A stretch of 64,000 nucleotides of DNA from Promethearchaeota archaeon (GTDB taxonomy: Archaea; Asgardarchaeota; Hermodarchaeia; Hermodarchaeales; Hermodarchaeaceae), in the NCBI GenBank assembly GCA_048938385.1, contig JBHLMG010000007.1:1-64000 (forward strand), in the 5' to 3' direction. The position numbers and the translations under genes are program-made. The notes below the pieces were generated by a model. It saw nothing but the letters and a program-made list of their open reading frames with translations. It was not told where the DNA came from and ran no database searches. Of the stretch, positions 1-8,933 are shown one piece after another. Each line of letters begins with the position of its first letter. Position 1 is the first letter of the stretch.

Positions 1-360
1 TTTTCAGACAAAAAAGGTGGATCTAGGGCAAAAACTTTCAATGGCTTCTTGGTATTTCAACAAAGAATGAAATGCCTTCATATCTAGGGCAATCACTGGA
101 AATGCGAAAATCAATGTAAGAAAATAAAGATAACACCAGGTTCTCAAAGTCAAGTTAGGCTTTCTCGTTCACTCAATTGAAGTGCAAACCTTGTTTCTCT
201 TTCATTAGAATCTAGATTATAACCGTTAAACGACTACCACAGAAATCGAAGATTTGCATGTGTAATAGTGTTGGCTCGAATGCTGTATTAATGAGGTGTA
301 AGGTCGTATCAACACTACGGCTTGCCGGGCGAGGTGAATTTTAAGGTCAGCTTGTTCGAT

Positions 361-726
361 TTACTTGATTCCAAATCGCGATGAGATTTTGACGAGAAGG
401 AATATGATGAAGGCGACGATGATGAATGTTATGAGTTCTTGAATGAACAGAGTGGGGGTAAAGGGGACGATGACGCTTTCCCATCCAATAGTCACAAAGA
501 TTATTGAAAGGATCGGTGAGATGAAACTCGCTACTAGTTGACCAACAAGTCGTCCGAGATAGAGTGCCATAATGAAAGCAACAGCCAAACCAAAGACATT
601 ATACTGCATAAGAAAATCCTTGAATTCCTGAATAAACCCTTTCTTCTCCTTTGGAGGCGGTGGAGGTTTGACAAGGGCTTCGCGAATTTGCCGTAATTCA
701 TTTAGCATTTGTTCTTCTTTTGACAT
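361..726 (-). CDS. mscL: Large-conductance mechanosensitive channel MscL family, archaeal type
   Basis: Contains FIQEFKDFL..NVFGLAVAFI and a TM2 segment FIQELITFIIVAFIIFLLVK. Start moved to the ATG at 726, which has GAAGTGAAGG upstream; the longer ORF overlaps tpiA. Confidence 0.85.
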   Translation of the reverse strand: MSKEEQMLNELRQIREALVKPPPPPKEKKGFIQEFKDFLMQYNVFGLAVAFIMALYLGRLVGQLVASFISPILSIIFVTIGWESVIVPFTPTLFIQELITFIIVAFIIFLLVKISSRFGIK

Positions 727-848
727 GTCCTTCACTTCTAGGGGGGCAATTGATTCCATTCGGAGAGGTTCTTGATTAAAATCTATGGGTATTCCAATTG
801 AAGAACAAAAGGGATATACCTCAATAGAATGACTATTGTGCGCAGTGA

Positions 849-1544
<696 letters not shown>

Positions 1545-1549
1545 AGGTC

Positions 1550-1846
1550 TTACTCTGGAAGCCCTTCCTTACTTGGACGTTGGCGTTCATCAACTGCTTT
1601 AAACAAGTCTAGTTTAGCCTCTCGGTGATATTCAAGTGCTAATTTGATATCCATGATAAGATTCGTCATTTCTGAATCGCTGAGTTTTATGGTTTGGGCA
1701 TTCCCTTCGCCATCAGCAACACGAACGAAGAATCCGCCCTCCCTCACAAACCGGTCTTTCCGAAGTTCTGGTAAAAACGCGTCCACTGAGAGCACTGATG
1801 AAATTTTCTGTTCGAAGAAATGAATTACTTCAGCTACTTTTACCAA
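1550..1846 (-). CDS. Hypothetical protein
   Basis: 98-aa ORF filling the gap, with GGTGA SD upstream of a TTG start. Confidence 0.6.
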   Translation of the reverse strand: MVKVAEVIHFFEQKISSVLSVDAFLPELRKDRFVREGGFFVRVADGEGNAQTIKLSDSEMTNLIMDIKLALEYHREAKLDLFKAVDERQRPSKEGLPE

Positions 1847-2063
1847 GGCTGGTCACCGAGGCTATTGTGACAAATTAGCCTATAAAGCACGCCTTTTTCC
1901 TTCATTCGTTGCAGTTTTCGGTTAATTACAATGAACGGACTTTGGATTACGACATTCTTTTATGGATGGCTCCATCTTCTTTTTCAAGACTTCGTGTCAT
2001 CCAACTGCTTTGCTCGTTTCACCTAGTGAGGAATGAACGAAATAGCATAAAGACACAGTAGTT

Positions 2064-2579
2064 TTGGAGCGAAAATCCTTGCGATGGTTTAGACGAAAAA
2101 AGACAGACGAATCGGAATCACGACCCAACGAGGCTTCTTTTGAATCCTCAAATGAAGATAATGCGGCTCAAAGCACATTAGTGTCACTAACTAATCCAGT
2201 GCAGGCGTTTACGAAACGACTTGAGCTTATGATAAAAGATCCTGAAATCGCCTCGAAAACTAAGGCGTTAAAAGACACACGCATACAACTCATAATTGGT
2301 GGCGAACCCCTACTTCTGAGCAAAAAAGGAGTTCAGCCACTCAGTTTGACCTTTGAACGGAGTACCCAATCTGATGTGTTCATTCGAATATCAGAAACCG
2401 CAGCGGGCCAATTAGCCATGACTTCGAATCTCACAGAATTCAAAAAGGAGTATAAGGAGTTGGTTACATCGAAAGATGCAACATCCTTTGTCTCCATTAA
2501 ACTGCATACACAACTCACTGAACTCCGCAATCAGGGGTATTTCAGCGTCGAGCTCCTGCGAATTCTTATCGATGCTTAA
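2064..2579 (+). CDS. Hypothetical protein, possible SCP2-like fold
   Basis: Long ORF; SDVFIRISE pattern weakly resembles SCP2 domains. Confidence 0.5.
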   Translation: MERKSLRWFRRKKTDESESRPNEASFESSNEDNAAQSTLVSLTNPVQAFTKRLELMIKDPEIASKTKALKDTRIQLIIGGEPLLLSKKGVQPLSLTFERSTQSDVFIRISETAAGQLAMTSNLTEFKKEYKELVTSKDATSFVSIKLHTQLTELRNQGYFSVELLRILIDA

Positions 2580-2977
2580 AATGAATAAATTCTAGTCATC
2601 CATTGGGCTATCAGTCGTGTCAGCGGGCTAGCTCTTTGATTCTCTTGGAGTTTGGAAAAGGCTTCATATCTACCTTTCTGAAAAGAAGGAGTTTTCTCAG
2701 ATTTCACATGAATCACTCGAACTAGAGCAAGAACAGATTTCCTCCTGGCTCCAAAAAGAGAAACCTGCCTAAGGTACAAGGTTTGTTGAGGTACCGAGCT
2801 TAGCTCAAGTTTTCGAATTGTTTCTGTAAGACTGCGAATGGCTTTTTCTGTTCTTGCTACAATAAAGCCTGGTAGCTCTAGAAACCTATCAGGAGTTTCC
2901 CATACCAGCATCTTTGACTTGTCCACAATAACTGCAACTGCTGCTACAAGGATTGGAGGAGTCGGCACACGAGTCAC
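2576..2977 (-). CDS. Degenerate NUDIX-fold protein
   Basis: AAVAVIVD..MLV...LELPG N-terminal pattern, but the REUXEE Nudix box is eroded. Confidence 0.55.
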   Translation of the reverse strand: MTRVPTPPILVAAVAVIVDKSKMLVWETPDRFLELPGFIVARTEKAIRSLTETIRKLELSSVPQQTLYLRQVSLFGARRKSVLALVRVIHVKSEKTPSFQKGRYEAFSKLQENQRASPLTRLIAQWMTRIYSF

Positions 2978-3077
2978 CTATCAGAGAGAGTATGCCTTCA
3001 ACTGTATACTATTAGACAAAGTAATGGGTTTTTAATCCAATGGACACCATTGACACCCTACACCTGAGGGTCTTGCG

Positions 3078-3596
3078 TTGACCGAACAACCACCTATGAA
3101 ATCCAGAAGGCGACGCCTCATCGAAACTTTACATTTATTGATCAGCCATCACGAACCGCCGTACATGCACCGTTGTTGGCATATCACTTTCCGAGGTCAC
3201 ACATTGCATATTTGTGCCAGATGCTCCGCTCTCCTGGTTGGCATTGTACTTGCTCTTAACATCCACCTCTTCTTCATTCAGATTCCAATGAACCCTATCA
3301 CCTTCCTCGGAGCTTTCATCTTGTCCCTTCCTGCAGTGTTCGACTGGTCTACTCAGACCCTTGAGCTACGCGAAAGCCGAAACCCATTCCGTGCCCTTAC
3401 GGGATTTCTGCTTGGTTATGCAGTCGGATTTGTACTTGCTTCCCTGAACATTTTCTATTACTTACTCGTTGTCATTTTATATACCGGTTACACTATTGGT
3501 TTCGGAGTTATTGCTCCCCGGCTCATTAGACGCCGTTCTAAGCAGAATATAACGCATGGAGATTCGCCTACTACCACGGGCTTTGATAAAACCTAG
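3078..3596 (+). CDS. DUF2085-like membrane protein
   Basis: Motifs ICARC, P..DW.TQ, ESRN..R..TG and four hydrophobic segments. Confidence 0.8.
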   Translation: MTEQPPMKSRRRRLIETLHLLISHHEPPYMHRCWHITFRGHTLHICARCSALLVGIVLALNIHLFFIQIPMNPITFLGAFILSLPAVFDWSTQTLELRESRNPFRALTGFLLGYAVGFVLASLNIFYYLLVVILYTGYTIGFGVIAPRLIRRRSKQNITHGDSPTTTGFDKT

Positions 3597-3692
3597 TGTA
3601 ATGTTGATTATTTCGGTGTGAGTAAGAGGAGCTTTTATAAGGACCATCCAGGTGGTAAGGGCTACCTTCTCTCCTTGGAGGGATGTATGTTA

Positions 3693-4022
3693 ATGGCGAA
3701 GGCTGAACTAACTCCTGAAACTCAAAAGACCTTTCTTACTGTCGAAATCAAGGACTTGCTAACCCATGGTAGTGAGCTTGGGACTGCACTGATCAACTTT
3801 CTTACTGAAAAACTCAAAAAGGACATCACTGTATCGCTTGCGGACAACGAAGTCTATGTACGAAGTGATCGACCTAACCACCCTTCAAAGACTCAGCTCC
3901 GTGTCTACTTGAAGCGATTCATCCATTTGAATGCGTTACGAGAAGATCTTAAAATCATATCGCGAAGTAAAGAACGATTTGCTATTATCGAATTTGTAAC
4001 CGTTGTCTATGTTGAAGAGTAA
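3693..4022 (+). CDS. rpl22e: Ribosomal protein eL22 (L22e) homologue
   Basis: SKTQLRVYLKRFIHLNALREDLKIISRSKERFAIIEF aligns by eye with eL22 SKRYLKYLTKKYLKK..LRDWLRVVA..K..YELRYF. GGAGGGA SD upstream. Confidence 0.75.
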   Translation: MAKAELTPETQKTFLTVEIKDLLTHGSELGTALINFLTEKLKKDITVSLADNEVYVRSDRPNHPSKTQLRVYLKRFIHLNALREDLKIISRSKERFAIIEFVTVVYVEE

Positions 4023-4131
4023 CCGTTGAGCCTCTCAACTGGTTTAATCTTCTATTTTCTGGCTAGTCTTGATAATGCCTATTTAGTTATGTTTGCCGTA
4101 ATGCTTAAGAGGAAAAAGCCGACAAAAAGCT

Positions 4132-4278
4132 CCTTTAGCGAAAACAGCGGAGACAGGATGGTTGGGCATCCGGAACTCTCTCCTCCTCCCATTACTTCCT
4201 TCTCCCCTATTCCTTGCAAAAACCTGATCCTCTTATCCGGTCCAACATCCCTCCATAGCTGCGTTACGCGCGATAATG
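4132..4278 (+). ncRNA. Candidate structured small RNA
   Basis: Nested complementary arms CAGC/GCTG, GGAG/CTCC, GGATG/CATCC, GTTGGG/TCCAAC and CCGGA/TCCGG around a C/U-rich loop. TATA-like CTTAAGAG at 4104. Confidence 0.45.
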
Positions 4279-4388
4279 ATAGCCAATCCCTTCCTTAGAG
4301 AACGCTAGAATATTGTAAAACGCTTTGAAAACACAAAGCTTAAGGCGTTAAATAGCCCATGAACGGGCTAATTATGCGGGGTTGTGCA

Positions 4389-4907
4389 ATGCGGCACTTG
4401 AAAATCCTCGTTCTCGGAAGACATGGCGTGGGTAAAACTACATTAATTCAACGGGCAAGTAGTCACGCAATATCTACTGATGTCAACGGTACTACCGTGT
4501 GTCTTGATTTTGGCACAATCCAATATCGTAATTTCAAGGCGCATCTCTTCGGTAGCCCGGGCATGGCACAGTTTGGATTGGTCAGGAAAGCCCTCTCGAA
4601 TGGATCGGATGGCATTATCCTCGTCGTCGACAGCACAGATCCCAATTCAATCCGTGAAGGAGAAGCTTATGTTCACCAAATTTATGGCGGCAACCCTCCA
4701 CCTGTTGCTGTAGCTGCTAATAAGCAGGATCAACCAGGTGCCCTTCACCCGAAACAAATCCAAGCGCTTCTCACTCTCCCTGCCCCTGTTTTCCCTACTC
4801 AGGCTAACCGCGGAATTGGTCTAGATCATCTACTCGTCAGCTTCATCCGCCATCTAGCAAACATTGGGGCGGGTTTGAATCTACCCTCGCTTCTTGAACA
4901 CGCCTAA
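4389..4907 (+). CDS. Small GTPase, MglA/Arf-like
   Basis: G1 GRHGVGKT, TTVCLDFG, G4 NKQD. Confidence 0.9.
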   Translation: MRHLKILVLGRHGVGKTTLIQRASSHAISTDVNGTTVCLDFGTIQYRNFKAHLFGSPGMAQFGLVRKALSNGSDGIILVVDSTDPNSIREGEAYVHQIYGGNPPPVAVAANKQDQPGALHPKQIQALLTLPAPVFPTQANRGIGLDHLLVSFIRHLANIGAGLNLPSLLEHA

Positions 4908-4960
4908 GCGTAAACCTAAAAGATGTATGAGAATAATTCAACCTTCTCAAGTAGGTGCTT

Positions 4961-5284
4961 ATGTTGGTAACAGAACTCACTGATGGTACCATTGATGCGT
5001 TCATCAAGGAACATGAACTTGTCATTTTAGATATCTATACTGTATGGTGTGGTCCTTGTGTAATGCAGGCGAAGATTTTAGAGGACTTGGCTCCTCAATT
5101 GGATTCGAAGCGTGCTGTGATTGCAAAGATCGATGCGGACCAGGCTCCAAAGACATCAGAACAGTTTGGAATTCGGGCTATTCCAACATTGATTCTATTC
5201 AAGAATGGAGAGCCAGTGAATACGCATGTGGGCGTATGGCCCATGGATGATATGTTGAAGACGATAAAGGAATTACTAAAATAA
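4961..5284 (+). CDS. trxA: Thioredoxin
   Basis: WCGPC active site and IPT cis-proline motif. Confidence 0.93.
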   Translation: MLVTELTDGTIDAFIKEHELVILDIYTVWCGPCVMQAKILEDLAPQLDSKRAVIAKIDADQAPKTSEQFGIRAIPTLILFKNGEPVNTHVGVWPMDDMLKTIKELLK

Positions 5285-5425
5285 TCACTGTTCGCGCGCA
5301 GATTTTCCAACTCTCTTCGTTAATCAATATTTTTACTATCCAGTGAAGATAGTATATAGGTTGCCCAAACTCTTAAACAGACTGAATTCTAGGTTTGAAA
5401 GGGTAACTCCTTCGGGGGGTAAGAC

Positions 5426-5812
5426 ATGACTGTACAAGCAGAACAGCGACTATCAGATATTGAAAAGATCTTGGAAGATTTCGATGAACGCGCAGGCGGC
5501 TTAGTAGCGATTTCACTTTTAATGAAATCCGGATTACCTGTAACAGCTCGGATACATGCACATATTGATGAAACATTTCTCTCTGCGAGCCTAGCTTCAC
5601 TATTAGGTATCGCTGTCGATTTAACAGACCGACTTTTCGATCAAACACCTGCACGAGTAATGTTGGATACCGATGCGGGTAGTCTTATTCTTCGTGGCAT
5701 AAATGAGGATATGGTACTAGTAGCGATTTTTAAGAAACAACACTTGGGTGCGATGTTGTTGCTCGTTGAGCATACGGCAAGACAACTGGCTCAACTGTTT
5801 CAATCTACCTGA
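5426..5812 (+). CDS. Roadblock/LC7 (MglB-like) protein
   Basis: SLLMKSGLPV..A...SASLASLL pattern, 128 aa. Confidence 0.85.
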   Translation: MTVQAEQRLSDIEKILEDFDERAGGLVAISLLMKSGLPVTARIHAHIDETFLSASLASLLGIAVDLTDRLFDQTPARVMLDTDAGSLILRGINEDMVLVAIFKKQHLGAMLLLVEHTARQLAQLFQST

Positions 5813-5854
5813 GTGCGCAGTACTCTGAACCGTTTGTTGAGAGAATCCTTTAAT

Positions 5855-6499
5855 CTAAAAGAAGAAGGTTCGCCGCTTGGGCTTGTCTTCGTCTTCTTCT
5901 TCAACAGCAGGCTCTGGTGCTGATGGTTCTGCAGTGGGCTCAAAGGTTGGCTCGGGTTCGGGGGTTGGCTCAAAGGTTGGCTCGGGTTCGGGGGTTGGCT
6001 CAAAGGTTGGCTCGGGTGGTGGAATAGGTTCTTCTGGGACGAGAAATAGCTCCGGTGATGTTGGTTCTGGTATGGGTTCTGGAATGGGTTCAGGAGCTGT
6101 AGCTGGTTCAGGTACAGGAGGGACCGGAGGTGGTGTAATTTCGGGTTCTGGTTCTAGAGTGGGCTCTGGAACTGGCTCGGGAGCTACTTCAGGAAAAGAT
6201 TCAGCCATGGGTTCAGTTGGAATTTCTTGGAGTCCTGGGAGTACATCTTCAATGCCTTCACCAAAACTCACACCGAGGATATCTTTCAGACATGGGGCGC
6301 ATTTTTGCCGCACTGCATCAAGAGCTTCACTCACAAAGGTATCAGTCGAGCGTTGCTCTTCTGGATTTTTATCTTTATAAAAAAGGAACGTCTGTACCAT
6401 GCGGAGAGCATCGCGTACACCGTTCCAATACATTTGACCAAATTCGTCCTGTGACATTTCTGTGTTACACCTTTCCCACAAATCAGGAAGCGTGATCAT
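5855..6499 (-). CDS. Hypothetical protein with Pro/Glu-rich repetitive C-terminal tail
   Basis: Helical N-terminal half, then [10 protein letters not shown] repeats, ending in KPKRRTFFF. Confidence 0.75.
   Translation of the reverse strand: MITLPDLWERCNTEMSQDEFGQMYWNGVRDALRMVQTFLFYKDKNPEEQRSTDTFVSEALDAVRQKCAPCLKDILGVSFGEGIEDVLPGLQEIPTEPMAESFPEVAPEPVPEPTLEPEPEITPPPVPPVPEPATAPEPIPEPIPEPTSPELFLVPEEPIPPPEPTFEPTPEPEPTFEPTPEPEPTFEPTAEPSAPEPAVEEEDEDKPKRRTFFF
5937..6017. repeat. 30-bp tandem repeat, about 2.7 copies, coding
   Basis: Unit GGCTCAAAGGTTGGCTCGGGTTCGGGGGTT repeated exactly. Confidence 0.95.
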
Positions 6500-6664
6500 T
6501 TATGTCGCTGTTCTGGGCTGTAAATAACCTCTTACATGTCATGCTTAAAATGTTTCGTCATCCTATCTCATTAGATATGCCTTTATTGAGAAAGGCATAA
6601 AGCGATTGATTAATTCAACTTCTTGTATAACCGGGAATAACCAGAACATCAGTGTTGGTCTAAA

Positions 6665-8155
6665 ATGGCAAAATCACGACTTGAGGAAATCATGACGATT
6701 TCTCTGCGTCGCGGGATTCTTTATCCAAGTGCAGAGATATATGGAGGGCTTGCAGGATTCTACGATTTTGGCCCGATTGGTACTCGTATCCGTAATAATC
6801 TCATCAAGCTTTGGCGCACTTGGTTTGTCGATAGACGAGACCATGTCTATGAAGTGAGTGGCAACACAATTCTACCTCGCCAGGTTTTCAAAGCCTCTGG
6901 CCACCTGGATCATTTCACCGATCCTTCTTGTGAATGCCCCAAGGGTCATATTACCCGAATCGATCAATACATCGAAGATAAGTTAAACATCCCAGCGGAA
7001 GGCAAAACTAACCAGGAACTTGCCCAACTTGTCAAGGATAATAGACTACGATGTCCTGTGTGTGGGGACTCCCTCACGGAAGTCAAGAGTTTTGGACTCA
7101 TGTTCAGCACAAGCGTGGGGGGAGAACGGCGTGATGCCTTCCTTCGACCTGAAACCGCACAAAATATCTTTCTCGGATTTAAACGCGTCCACACTGCCAT
7201 GAGACCTAAACTCCCCTTTGGTGTTGCACAAATTGGCCGATCTTACCGAAATGAAATTTCTCCACGACAGAGTATCGTTCGCGTCAGGGAATTCGAACAA
7301 ATGGAAATTGAATACTTCATAAATCCTGATGCCTTGAATGAATGTCCCCTCTACGCTGAACTCTCCCATGTCCCTTTGACTATTATAACTCGTGAAGCAC
7401 AAAAAACTGCAATAGCGCAATCCAGTACTGAATATGCCTCTGTAGAGGTCAGCGTAGAAGAAGCCGTTGAGAAGGAATATGTTCCAAATCAATGGATGGG
7501 ATGTATTCTGGGTGATGAAGTTCTCTTTTTCCAACAGTTAGGTATTCCCACGAAAGCCGTTCGGTTCCGGCATATGCGAAAAGAAGAAACCCCCCATTAT
7601 AGTGGTGGTAACTTCGATCTAGAGGTTCACTTCAGTTTTGGTTGGAAAGAAGTAATCGGAAACGCATACCGTCTTGATCACGACCTACAATCTCATATGA
7701 GCGGGAGTCAAAAGGATTTGAGCATCGATGTGGAGGGTGAAAAGGTCGTCCCTCATGTTATTGAACCGTCCTTTGGGGTGGACCGCATTATCTATGCCAT
7801 ATTGGAACATACCTACCAGCCAAAGGATAATGGTCGTGGCTGGTCTTGGTTCCAGTTCCCACTAGCCCTTGCGCCTTACACTGCAGTTATACTTCCCCTC
7901 CTCAATCGCACCGAACTGGAAGAATTAGCCACTCAACTGTTTGTAAAGTGTAAGAACCAAGGACTTACGGTACTATATGACGATCGTGGTCGTATCGGTC
8001 GGCGATATGCACGCGCGGATGAAATCGGTATTCCATTCGCAGTAACAGTCGATCCTGAAAGCCTAGAAGATAATTCTGCAACAATCCGACAACGAGATAC
8101 CGCAAAACAAGTCCGTCATCCCATCAGTAAAATCCCGTCATTACTCAAATCCTAA
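6665..8155 (+). CDS. glyS: Glycine--tRNA ligase, alpha2 (archaeal/eukaryotic) type
   Basis: Motifs EIYGG..GFYDFGP.G, LRPETAQ, RNEISPR, REFEQME and IEPSFG; C-terminal anticodon-binding domain. Confidence 0.97.
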   Translation: MAKSRLEEIMTISLRRGILYPSAEIYGGLAGFYDFGPIGTRIRNNLIKLWRTWFVDRRDHVYEVSGNTILPRQVFKASGHLDHFTDPSCECPKGHITRIDQYIEDKLNIPAEGKTNQELAQLVKDNRLRCPVCGDSLTEVKSFGLMFSTSVGGERRDAFLRPETAQNIFLGFKRVHTAMRPKLPFGVAQIGRSYRNEISPRQSIVRVREFEQMEIEYFINPDALNECPLYAELSHVPLTIITREAQKTAIAQSSTEYASVEVSVEEAVEKEYVPNQWMGCILGDEVLFFQQLGIPTKAVRFRHMRKEETPHYSGGNFDLEVHFSFGWKEVIGNAYRLDHDLQSHMSGSQKDLSIDVEGEKVVPHVIEPSFGVDRIIYAILEHTYQPKDNGRGWSWFQFPLALAPYTAVILPLLNRTELEELATQLFVKCKNQGLTVLYDDRGRIGRRYARADEIGIPFAVTVDPESLEDNSATIRQRDTAKQVRHPISKIPSLLKS

Positions 8156-8266
8156 TTTCTCAAGCGAATTAGCCTCTCTTTCTAACTGGGGCAAGAGCTT
8201 TTTTCACATCCTACTAGTAATTATGTTATTTGACAATCCTCATTTTGTATCCAACCGAATTGTAGG

Positions 8267-8887
8267 TTGAACGCGATGACACAAAAGTTGAGTACAATTG
8301 AATGTTTACGAATGTATTGGCGTATGGCTGAACTTGGCCCCCTCACCCGCCGATACATTGTTATCGGCGCATTTGACGGGGCGCTTACTATTGTCGCCAT
8401 TATATTAGCGACTCTTGCAGGCGTGATGCTATTTAGTGCTCAGGTCACGATACTCGAAGTTAATCTATTGATTCGTGCTGGACTCAGCGCCGGTGTAGGA
8501 TTGGCGATTTCCAGTGGCTGGGGTGCGTTTGAAGCGGAGCGTGTGGAGCGTAAACGAGAAATCCAACATCTAGAAGTTCAAATGCAACGATCCATGGATG
8601 GGTGTTTAGTAGATTCTGCCGTTCGCTTTGCTACAGCCTGGGCGTCCTTTATTCACGGGATTGCTCCTTTACCTGCAGCTGTCCTCCCGTTGATCCCGTT
8701 GTTTCTGTTTCCTGCTGACTTCGTCATGGCAGGACTCCTCTCTGTCGCTATTACTATGTCGTTCCTTTTTTTACTCGGGATATGGATGGCACGAATTATG
8801 AAAACTAATCCCTTTGCTTGTGGGCTTCGTATGGTTTTCGCAGGATTGATCACAGCAATTATTTGTGTTCTCATTGGGGCGTTCTAA
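8267..8887 (+). CDS. VIT1/CCC1 family transporter
   Basis: RRYIVIGAFDGAL, GAFEAER..; five TM segments. Confidence 0.8.
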   Translation: MNAMTQKLSTIECLRMYWRMAELGPLTRRYIVIGAFDGALTIVAIILATLAGVMLFSAQVTILEVNLLIRAGLSAGVGLAISSGWGAFEAERVERKREIQHLEVQMQRSMDGCLVDSAVRFATAWASFIHGIAPLPAAVLPLIPLFLFPADFVMAGLLSVAITMSFLFLLGIWMARIMKTNPFACGLRMVFAGLITAIICVLIGAF

Positions 8888-8933
8888 TACTGGAGTTCAA
8901 AAAAGGTAAAGCTTGATTTGCGTAAACTAAGTG

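Noticed and set aside
4026-4298. 90-aa ORF
   Set aside because: TTG start without an SD and low-complexity sequence; the region is better explained as a structured RNA.
5937-6017. 30-bp repeats as a CRISPR array
   Set aside because: They are head-to-tail with no spacers, in frame within a CDS, and no cas genes are present.
5877-6380. Gly/Ser-rich 167-aa ORF on the plus strand
   Set aside because: It is the antisense shadow of the Pro/Glu repeat gene.
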